A DNA stretch of 45,433 bases, taken from Syntrophales bacterium (GTDB taxonomy: Bacteria > Desulfobacterota > Syntrophia > Syntrophales > UBA8958). The DNA lies in contig JALNVY010000002.1 in assembly GCA_023231165.1 (NCBI GenBank), positions 1-45,433 on the forward strand. The letters run 5' to 3'. Position numbers and translations under genes: made by a program. Numbering within the stretch: position 1 is the first letter of the stretch; each line of letters starts with the position of its first letter. Under the pieces are notes generated by a model. The model saw nothing but the letters and a program-made list of their open reading frames with translations, was not told the DNA's origin and searched no databases. Of this stretch, positions 25,608 to 32,890 are shown piece after piece.

Positions 25608-26594
25608 TTAGAACCACTCTGCTGGACTTGCAGCCTCAAATGGTTTTTTAGAGAAGGCAGGAACGATAATCTCCTGCAGCGCTTCCGATTCAGATTCGAG
25701 CGCCAGTGCTTCCTGGTCTACTTCATGAGGGAACAGCGTTCCATCGACGGTTGCCTTGTCCTCGTCTGTCAGAACAGCGGGGGGCTTGGCGTCTGGAATG
25801 TCCCCCAAGACGGCCAGGATCCCACATGCCTCGGCAAGCTGCCGCCCCTTGATTGCTCCCTTGGGGGGCATGCCCGCCAGGGTCTCTTTGATACCCTCGA
25901 CCAGATCGTTCAGTTCCGGTTCTAAGAAAACCAGCCCCTCGATCTTGCGTATCATCGCCTGGATGGGGCGAAGAGCCTTCTGGGTGACTTCCTGTTGGCC
26001 ATGGTATGAACGTTTCCAGGTATCCTTTGCCATGACTTGGATTTCATGCCTAAGCTGCCCGGCCAGTCCTGTTACTTCCTTCTGTAGCCCCTCTTGATGT
26101 TTCTCAACAGGTGTTACGTTAAACACCTGTGTTGAAAAGCAGAGGGACTTCCTTACGTGCTCAGGTTCAGCTTGGGCATTTGCAATGACCGATTCCCACC
26201 CCGGATTTGCATCAATCCAGGATTGGACGGCTTCGCTGTAGCTTGCCAGGAATTCTTCTTTCTTGGCCTCAAACTCGATCTTCAGGCCGTCAAGCTTGAC
26301 CATCAAGTCAGCCACTTTATCGACGGGAATAGCGTACCCACCAAGGAAGCGGGTTCCCACGAAGAGAGCCTCCCTTGCCGCACTTTGCCGGATGGCCATG
26401 AAGACCGCGAGCTTTTCGGGGTCCATGACCAACTTCGATCCCAGCTTTGCCAACGATTCGGGGGGCAGTTCGCTCCCCTCCATCAGCTTTAAATCTTCCG
26501 GGCGCAACTTTTTCCGGCCCGACCATACGTGGATGTCAAGTGTCAACACCTGGACATTATCAAGAATGTTAAGAGTGTTGTTCATTGTATTCAT
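25608..26594 (-). CDS. Conserved hypothetical protein (DUF3150-like from memory), ends in SPAEWF
   Basis: Start at MNTMNNTLNILDNVQVLTLDIHVWSGRKKLRPEDL (AAGGAGA SD). 328 aa. The family name is recollection only. Confidence 0.65.
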   Translation of the reverse strand: MNTMNNTLNILDNVQVLTLDIHVWSGRKKLRPEDLKLMEGSELPPESLAKLGSKLVMDPEKLAVFMAIRQSAAREALFVGTRFLGGYAIPVDKVADLMVKLDGLKIEFEAKKEEFLASYSEAVQSWIDANPGWESVIANAQAEPEHVRKSLCFSTQVFNVTPVEKHQEGLQKEVTGLAGQLRHEIQVMAKDTWKRSYHGQQEVTQKALRPIQAMIRKIEGLVFLEPELNDLVEGIKETLAGMPPKGAIKGRQLAEACGILAVLGDIPDAKPPAVLTDEDKATVDGTLFPHEVDQEALALESESEALQEIIVPAFSKKPFEAASPAEWF

Positions 26595-26657
26595 GTCGTG
26601 ATCTCCTTTTAGGTAATGTTCTAAGGACGGCCAGAATTTCGGCAACCCTTATTGTTG

Positions 26658-27113
26658 TTAGAACCACTCATCGGGTGAATCCTTTTCGGTGGAACCCTTT
26701 GATGGACTGTTCATCCAGGCATCGACCGCCTGTGCGATGGTCAGTCTGTTGACCCCTTTTTTAGAAGGTTCGGTTTGTATGGGAGGCTTGGGAGAAGGGG
26801 GAGGGGGAAGGGGTTGCTGCTGCCTTCCTGTCCTCAACGAGCTGGAGTTTGACCAACCGTTTTCCGGAATCCATTCCCGAACCACCTGATAGCCCTTTGC
26901 GATTTTCTTATTCACCATCTCAGCAAGGACTCTTTCGGGAAACGATCGTTTTAAATCAACCCTCTTACTCTGGTTGATCTGGGATATCTTTCCCCAGTGT
27001 ACATTTACGGTACTGAAAGTTCGGAATCCAACCCAGGCCTTGCCGCCGGAAACCGACGGCGCCTGAAGCCAGACACCATATTCACACCCGGGAGGGGGAG
27101 TTGGTGTTGACAT
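26658..27113 (-). CDS. WGR-domain-like protein with Pro-rich C-terminal part, ends in SPDEWF
   Basis: ATG 27113 with AAAGGGGG SD. VNVHWGKISQ...RSFPERVLAEMVNKKIAKGYQVV fits the WGR pattern (WGRiG ... KGY). Confidence 0.65.
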   Translation of the reverse strand: MSTPTPPPGCEYGVWLQAPSVSGGKAWVGFRTFSTVNVHWGKISQINQSKRVDLKRSFPERVLAEMVNKKIAKGYQVVREWIPENGWSNSSSLRTGRQQQPLPPPPSPKPPIQTEPSKKGVNRLTIAQAVDAWMNSPSKGSTEKDSPDEWF

Positions 27114-27128
27114 GTGAGCCACCCCCTT

Positions 27129-28055
27129 TCATCCATTTCCGAACACGCGTTGCACCAATTCGTGCAGGGCATTCCGTGATGTTTCCTCCGCACGAAATCC
27201 GATAGCCCGATCAAGGGCATAAACCAAAGGATCAATCCCCGGCTTTGCCTTGTAAAACCGTGCAAGATGCGCCCATCGAATAAGGGACCTGGTGCAGAAC
27301 ACCACCTCGATCTCGCCGCTGGTGTAGAGGTCCCGAACCATGCCCGAGACCTTAACCATATTATCGGCAATGATGGGAGGCATGTCGGGACATGCCTGCG
27401 ACAGCACCTGCTTTTCTTCCTCCGGTGTCGGATAGCCAACCTGCACCATCATGAAACGCCCCATGCTGGCGGCGTTCTGGCGCTTTGTTGCCTGATAAAT
27501 TCCGGTATCATCACCGTTTCCGGCGGTGTTGCCTGCGACGACTATACGGGTACCGTTCATGAGCGGGTCAAGCGTTTCTCCCGTTTCCGGGATCATGATT
27601 GATCGCCCCTCAAGTATCCCATTCAAGCCGGTGAATGTTCCGGGGTCGAGGGTGTCAATCTCGTCCAGAAGTATCCAGGCCCCTTCAGGGTCTTTCAGGC
27701 CGGCGACCAAAGGGCCGTCTGTCCACTCCATCTGACCGTTCTTAACAACGAAACGGCCAAATAATTCCGGGATTTCCATTCTTTCGTGACACGAAACCAC
27801 ATAGAGGGGAATTCCGAGGCGGGATGCTGTCTGCTCGATGATCGACGATTTACCTGATCCAGTTGGACCGGTCAGATAAAGGGGGTCGTTTCCTGCTGCT
27901 CCTTTTACCCAGGCGAGCATGTCGGACAGTAGCTCCCTGCGAAAGATATACTCCGGCTTCTGTCGGGGAATAAGGTTGTGCTGTGTATCCCGGACATCGA
28001 CGGTGACTGTGGCAGGTGCATTAATGCCAAACACTTCAGAAATAGATTTCTGCAT
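27129..28055 (-). CDS. AAA+ ATPase of the CobS/MoxR/CbbQ (AAA_5) type
   Basis: Start at MQKSISEVF (AAGGAGG SD). Walker A LTGPTGSGKSS, Walker B WILLDEIDTL, RIVVAGNT sensor region. 308 aa. Confidence 0.85.
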   Translation of the reverse strand: MQKSISEVFGINAPATVTVDVRDTQHNLIPRQKPEYIFRRELLSDMLAWVKGAAGNDPLYLTGPTGSGKSSIIEQTASRLGIPLYVVSCHERMEIPELFGRFVVKNGQMEWTDGPLVAGLKDPEGAWILLDEIDTLDPGTFTGLNGILEGRSIMIPETGETLDPLMNGTRIVVAGNTAGNGDDTGIYQATKRQNAASMGRFMMVQVGYPTPEEEKQVLSQACPDMPPIIADNMVKVSGMVRDLYTSGEIEVVFCTRSLIRWAHLARFYKAKPGIDPLVYALDRAIGFRAEETSRNALHELVQRVFGNG

Positions 28056-28111
28056 GATACTTTCCTCCTTAATAGGTAATTTATTGGATTTATTATTGTG
28101 GTTGGTGAGTT

Positions 28112-29140
28112 CTATTGCGCCCGCGCCGCCCTTGCGGGTTGGCGGGTAATGAGCTTGTGCATGTCTTTCACGCCCGCTTTTACGTGGTGATCGAGGGCGA
28201 TCACTCTGTCGCAATAGCGAGCCGAGATTTTCATTGCTATCTTCTGCGCTGCCCGGCCAGGTTCGTCATTGTCCAAAGCGAACAATATCTCGCGGGGCTT
28301 GAGCATCGAGAGGACATCTCCGATTTTTTCGGCGTTTCCAACCCCGTTCAACGAACACAGGGTGAGAGTGTCGTCGTTCAGGATGATTTCTGAGGCCAGG
28401 GCGTCCAGAATGGACTCCGCGACCATGATACGGGAAGACTGTCGGCGCAACACCCAGAGAGTCTTGTGACCAAGGGTCTTCCTGGCTGTGCCACCGATTT
28501 CCCGGCACTCCAAGCCCTTCAGGTTGTCGGCGTGGGTGATCGGTATTGCCACATAGCTCTTTTTTTCTTTGAAATGGGTGTACATGACACACGCCATTTC
28601 ATCGTAAAGCCTGACTCCCTGTTCTTCAAAATACCGCCTGATGGTAGCGCGGTCTCCTGATGTCATAAGGGTCATTCTTTCTTTGTGGAGATTCCGCACC
28701 CACTCCACCTTGTCGGAGTCGTGAGAATTGGATTTCTGCGGTGGAGGCATGTATGTCGTGTAGGATAAGCTGTTGTTCAATTTTCTCACGCCATCAAGAA
28801 AGCCGACACCGTAAAAAAGCTCTACGAACTTGATTGCATCCCCCGATTCACCTGACCCCCAATCCTTCCATGTCCAGCGGCCCTTATAATAAGACACGCT
28901 GAACGAAGGATTATTTTCTGCTCTCAGGGGCGACGAAAATATTGCCTTCTCGCTTACGTGCCAAGTTGCTTTGTAGCCGAGAGACTCTATCAGGGCGATG
29001 AGGTTCACCCGTCGGGCGGCCTCAATGTCCCTATCCGTAACACGATGTGACCGGCTGGATTGCCGGGTTGGAGGCTGTGTTATTCGTTTCCACAGCCTGG
29101 TAATAAGTCCCATCAATCCTCCGCTCCTTTCAGTAGTCAT
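28112..29140 (-). CDS. Toprim-domain primase-like protein with a degenerate (Cys-less) CHC2 finger
   Basis: Start at MTTERSGG (AAGGAGAAGGAGG SD). SPLRAENNPSFSV..WKDWGSGESGDAIKFV parallels DnaG CPFH.EKTPSF..CFGCG.GGD.I.F with all ligands replaced. C-terminal Toprim (VAESILDAL, FALDNDEPGRAA). Confidence 0.7.
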   Translation of the reverse strand: MTTERSGGLMGLITRLWKRITQPPTRQSSRSHRVTDRDIEAARRVNLIALIESLGYKATWHVSEKAIFSSPLRAENNPSFSVSYYKGRWTWKDWGSGESGDAIKFVELFYGVGFLDGVRKLNNSLSYTTYMPPPQKSNSHDSDKVEWVRNLHKERMTLMTSGDRATIRRYFEEQGVRLYDEMACVMYTHFKEKKSYVAIPITHADNLKGLECREIGGTARKTLGHKTLWVLRRQSSRIMVAESILDALASEIILNDDTLTLCSLNGVGNAEKIGDVLSMLKPREILFALDNDEPGRAAQKIAMKISARYCDRVIALDHHVKAGVKDMHKLITRQPARAARAQ

Positions 29141-29170
29141 TTTGTTGCCTCCTTCTCCTTTGATTTCATC

Positions 29171-29292
29171 GGTAATTGCGTCAGCCCTTCGCAGGACGTA
29201 AAAAAGCCGCACCTGTCCCGTTGTAAAGCGGTTCAGCCATGCGGCTATGTTCGTGACCTACTAAAAATACTAACTGTCTAAGTAATACTTCT
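29171..29292 (-). repeat. Leader element copy B upstream of the primase-like gene, in the divergent region with the T4CP-like gene
   Basis: About 85% identical to 11374-11494. Same order: AGAAGTATTA box, TAGTATTTT, 30-nt invariant block, hairpin plus U-tract, GNRA mini-hairpin. Confidence 0.7.
29199..29245 (-). terminator. Intrinsic-terminator-like hairpin plus U6 inside leader copy B
   Basis: Minus-sense GCCGCAU..(same internal structure)..GUGCGGC followed by UUUUUUA. Confidence 0.45.
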
Positions 29293-29329
29293 AATAGAAC
29301 AGAAAAATGAAGCAGAAGGAGGGAATATT

Positions 29330-30679
29330 GTGTCCTTGGAGAAATTGCGGGAAATAAATGAAAAAGGAAAGCTCATGGAAAACGACGGCTTGACGCATCT
29401 CGGCAGAGGAGTCAATATGAATGACATATTGAAAGATATTGACATTGCCATTAATGACGCCGACAGAAGCGGTCACTTTGGGTGTTTCGGTACAACACGG
29501 GTGGGAAAGACGAGGCTTGTCGAAAACATAATCGAGCAGGACGTCCGCAAGGGCTACAATGTTGTCGTCATCGACCCCAAAGGAGATGCAGAACTGTTTT
29601 CCAAGATTGTCCAGGTAGCAGCGGAATCCGGGCGGCTTGAAGAAGTGATGATGCTTACACCTATTTTCCCAGACCTCTCTATCATGCTTGACCCTCTGGC
29701 CTATTACTACATGGAAGACGAGCTGGTAGAACATATTATCTCCGGCATCAAGGCGAAGGAAGATTATTTTATCGCCATTGCCCAGGAAGTCTCCCAAGTC
29801 GTGATCTCCGGACTTGCACTACAAGCAAAGTGCAAGAAAGAAAAATTGATCATCAACTTTCTGGACGTAAAAGTGAGAAGCGACTGGACCAATCTCAAGA
29901 AATTCAGGGAAACTCTTCAGTTTCTATCCGGCAGCGAGGATCTTGTAGTGAGCATTGACCAAATACTAAGTTCCCCGCCTGACTTTTTCTCGAAGGTATC
30001 GTCATCGCTACGAACCACCCTCTCCGCCCTGACCACGGGTTCAACAGGACAGATTATCGGGAAAAGTCTAGTCAACGAGTTCGTTAAACGCATTGAGGAG
30101 GGCAGGGGGGTGATTCTGTTTTGTAATACGGGATCCATGCTTTCCAGACGAACGGCGCATATCATCGGCAGGGTGTTGGTTTCTATGATACAAAGTATGT
30201 TAGGTCGTGTTTTCGCATCAGGAAGAAAGCTCAATCCGCCCTTGTGTCTCCATGTGGACGAGGGACACAACATTCTCTATAAAGGGATCCAGGAGCTTTT
30301 CAACAAAGGCGGCGGGGCTAACGTCTGGATACATTTTTACACGCAGAGCATTGCTCAGATAGAAGAAGAAATAGGCCCGGAGGGGACAAGAAGCATCGTC
30401 GATAACATAAATAGCTGGCTGTACATGCTTGTGAACCATCCTGATACAGCCAAATACGTGGAAGATTCCTCGCCAATGAAAAGAAAATACCAGCCTATTC
30501 TATCTTTCGGAGGTGGTATCTCTGTCAGGGAAATGGAGGAGAAGCAGATTCTTGCCACACAAATACTTCAATTGCCCAAAAGATACTTCTATCTGCGATC
30601 TTACGGCAAACTCTACAAGGGATGTACGATGGATGTGTCTCCCAAATATGTGAGCGTGACGCTACCGGCCATCAATTGA
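29330..30679 (+). CDS. Type IV coupling protein-like P-loop ATPase (TraD/TrwB/VirD4 nucleotide-binding domain) without a TM region
   Basis: GTG start with AGGAGGG SD. Walker A GTTRVGKT, VVVIDPKGDAELFSKI (compare TrwB IVDPNGDMLSKF), Walker B LCLHVDEGH, FYTQSIAQIEEEIG. The N-terminus is hydrophilic. Confidence 0.7.
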   Translation: MSLEKLREINEKGKLMENDGLTHLGRGVNMNDILKDIDIAINDADRSGHFGCFGTTRVGKTRLVENIIEQDVRKGYNVVVIDPKGDAELFSKIVQVAAESGRLEEVMMLTPIFPDLSIMLDPLAYYYMEDELVEHIISGIKAKEDYFIAIAQEVSQVVISGLALQAKCKKEKLIINFLDVKVRSDWTNLKKFRETLQFLSGSEDLVVSIDQILSSPPDFFSKVSSSLRTTLSALTTGSTGQIIGKSLVNEFVKRIEEGRGVILFCNTGSMLSRRTAHIIGRVLVSMIQSMLGRVFASGRKLNPPLCLHVDEGHNILYKGIQELFNKGGGANVWIHFYTQSIAQIEEEIGPEGTRSIVDNINSWLYMLVNHPDTAKYVEDSSPMKRKYQPILSFGGGISVREMEEKQILATQILQLPKRYFYLRSYGKLYKGCTMDVSPKYVSVTLPAIN

Positions 30680-30976
30680 TTATTTCACTGGCAAGATTCA
30701 GGAGGGGAAGGTACGTATAATTTATTGAAAGCGATAATATGGGAAAATGTGTTTCTGAAGTAGCTTTGAACCCGTAATGAACAAGAGCGATCGAATAGCG
30801 ACAGTTCATGAAAAGCCCTCGTGATCTGGCAAAAAAATACTATTTGAAATAGTGAGAAAAGCCTTCGGGCAACATAATCATTGTCCACAATCTTACTTTC
30901 TTAAGGAGAAAGAGTATTTTCCCTGTCGTCCGTTTTTCATATCTGTCACTGATAGTTCAGCTCCGGCTCGACACAA

Positions 30977-31714
30977 CTACTGTTTTGCTACAAAAGATCT
31001 TAAGTCATTCTTGATGTAGTATTTTGCGCCAACTTTCGTTAAAAGAGCTTCCACATCGTAAAGGAATTCGGTCCAGTTCACGGCTCGTTCGTATTCTTTC
31101 ATGTGGTTTAACTTGCCAACCTTCCAAAAAGCCACATAGGGATGGGCCATGTGAATCACCTCAAGGGCTTGAACGGGATCGATCACCGGTTCCAAGCTGA
31201 CCCATGTAAAGAGGCCTTCTTTGTGAGCGGCCTTCAAGACGGCCATCCGTTCATCAACGGTCGAAGCGCCCGGTTCCCAAATTTTGCGCGTGGCATCATC
31301 GGAAAAACACAGTGTAACGCCTAACTGCGTGCTAGCCTCCTTCATCAGCCCCAGGTCTTCCTGAATCAAGTCTGCACATCCTTTCGTCAACACCTGGCTG
31401 TTCAGCCGATGTCTTGCGATAATTCTCAACGCCCGATGTGTCAACCGTTCAACCCGTTCAAGCGGTTGATACGGATCGCTCGAGAAACAAAATAGTATTC
31501 GCCGCTTATCACCACGAAGCTTCTCAGCGTCTTTATCGAGATTCTTCAGCACATCCGGCCGCGGTTCTGCTTTTGCGTGCCACTTTTCTCCCGTTGTGCG
31601 CATGCACGACGGCGCATAGCAATAACGGCATCCGTGCGTACAGCCACGATAAAGATTGCAGGCTAATTCGGAGTACTCCCGTGCCCGTCCTTTTGGTTCA
31701 TAAACAACATTCAT
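30977..31714 (-). CDS. Radical SAM protein of the spore-photoproduct-lyase-like / DNA repair photolyase (COG1533) type
   Basis: Start at MNVVYEPKG (AAGGAG SD). CNLYRGCTHGCRYCYAP is CxxxCxxC in the NxYxGCxHxCxYCYA context of that family. 245 aa. Confidence 0.8.
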   Translation of the reverse strand: MNVVYEPKGRAREYSELACNLYRGCTHGCRYCYAPSCMRTTGEKWHAKAEPRPDVLKNLDKDAEKLRGDKRRILFCFSSDPYQPLERVERLTHRALRIIARHRLNSQVLTKGCADLIQEDLGLMKEASTQLGVTLCFSDDATRKIWEPGASTVDERMAVLKAAHKEGLFTWVSLEPVIDPVQALEVIHMAHPYVAFWKVGKLNHMKEYERAVNWTEFLYDVEALLTKVGAKYYIKNDLRSFVAKQ

Positions 31715-31725
31715 GGGGGAACTCC

Positions 31726-32805
31726 TTAAAAGTGTTTGATTGGTTCCGCATTCGGCTTTGTCCAAGCGCCATAGGAAATGCGAAAAACTTGATGAGGCAG
31801 CTTTTCTTCTTTAACCATTTTGTTCATCGCTGCCTTTGCATGGGATCCTAATACGCCGCACTGCAAGGAGAAGATGTATACCTCCTTGTTTGTCAGGATG
31901 CGGTGTTCCAAAACTTCTATCTCCAGATCTTTTTCGAATACAGTAATTTTTGTCGGCTTATCGTATTCAGAGAAAAGGGATGGCGCATTGGGATCAATGC
32001 CGTCATTATCGATATCAAAATTTGCATCACCGCCTTTTCTCCATGCGATGTGCAGGAACTTATCGATACCACGGGGATGATGGGAGCCAAAAACAAGACC
32101 ATAGACATTCGGACCTTTTTGAATGGAAAATGATCCGCGATAATAGGTATGACCTTCCGGTATCCAGCGGCGATAGGCATCTGCGACTATGCGATGCACA
32201 TTCTTTCCATTCATCGGCACAAAATCAGCATCCGTCACGGGGACATATTTACGGATTTCCTGAATATTTTTGAATCTATTGACCATGCCGGAGGAGATAA
32301 AAAAGATGACATCCGTCAGGGAAAGGCGTACGATGGTTTTAAAGATGTCCTCTGTGATTTGCTGCACGCCATTTTGGTCGAGGAACAGAAGATTGGCTGT
32401 TTTCCCGCGCATCAATGGTTCCCATTGTTCAAAGACTGAATGAAAATCACTTTGTTTAATGGTAAATTCGACCTGCGGTAAGGCAATTCTCTGTTCGTCG
32501 ATACATGAAGATAGATCCTGATATTTATCCGCAGCACATTCATTGAAATAGGCCCGGATTTTCTTTGTTCGATTGCCATGATGATTCAAGGCCTTGCGGA
32601 TCTCCTCGCATGTGATGAGGGGACTGCCCGGATTCCCTTCCGTATCGTTTCCAGGCCCGGCAAAAAAATCAAAAATCTGCAATGTCTCTACAGAAGGCAA
32701 ATTGATGAAGACCGGCAACCACTCACGCAGGTACTCCCGATAGAGATCCAGCTTGTCTTGTGTACCTTCGTCATAGGGCTTTTGATGAAGATCACGTCTG
32801 GGCAT
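31726..32805 (-). CDS. TcmP-like 'three-Cys-motif partner' protein (assignment from memory); Rossmann-like DFFAGPG motif
   Basis: 359 aa. N-terminal HQKPYDEGTQDKLDLYREYLREWL and IFDFFAGPGND. 11 nt upstream of the radical SAM gene. Confidence 0.6.
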   Translation of the reverse strand: MPRRDLHQKPYDEGTQDKLDLYREYLREWLPVFINLPSVETLQIFDFFAGPGNDTEGNPGSPLITCEEIRKALNHHGNRTKKIRAYFNECAADKYQDLSSCIDEQRIALPQVEFTIKQSDFHSVFEQWEPLMRGKTANLLFLDQNGVQQITEDIFKTIVRLSLTDVIFFISSGMVNRFKNIQEIRKYVPVTDADFVPMNGKNVHRIVADAYRRWIPEGHTYYRGSFSIQKGPNVYGLVFGSHHPRGIDKFLHIAWRKGGDANFDIDNDGIDPNAPSLFSEYDKPTKITVFEKDLEIEVLEHRILTNKEVYIFSLQCGVLGSHAKAAMNKMVKEEKLPHQVFRISYGAWTKPNAEPIKHF

Positions 32806-32890
32806 GTCTGCCGTCCTTTCTATTATTGGCGTTCCATTCGTTCATATGCAGCGATCCCAAAACAATTGTCCCCGATGTGTGGGACCATAT

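Noticed and set aside
29291-29797. 168-aa minus-strand ORF opposite the 5' end of the T4CP-like gene.
   Set aside because: It lies antisense to a gene with Walker motifs, would start inside leader copy B, and has no SD.
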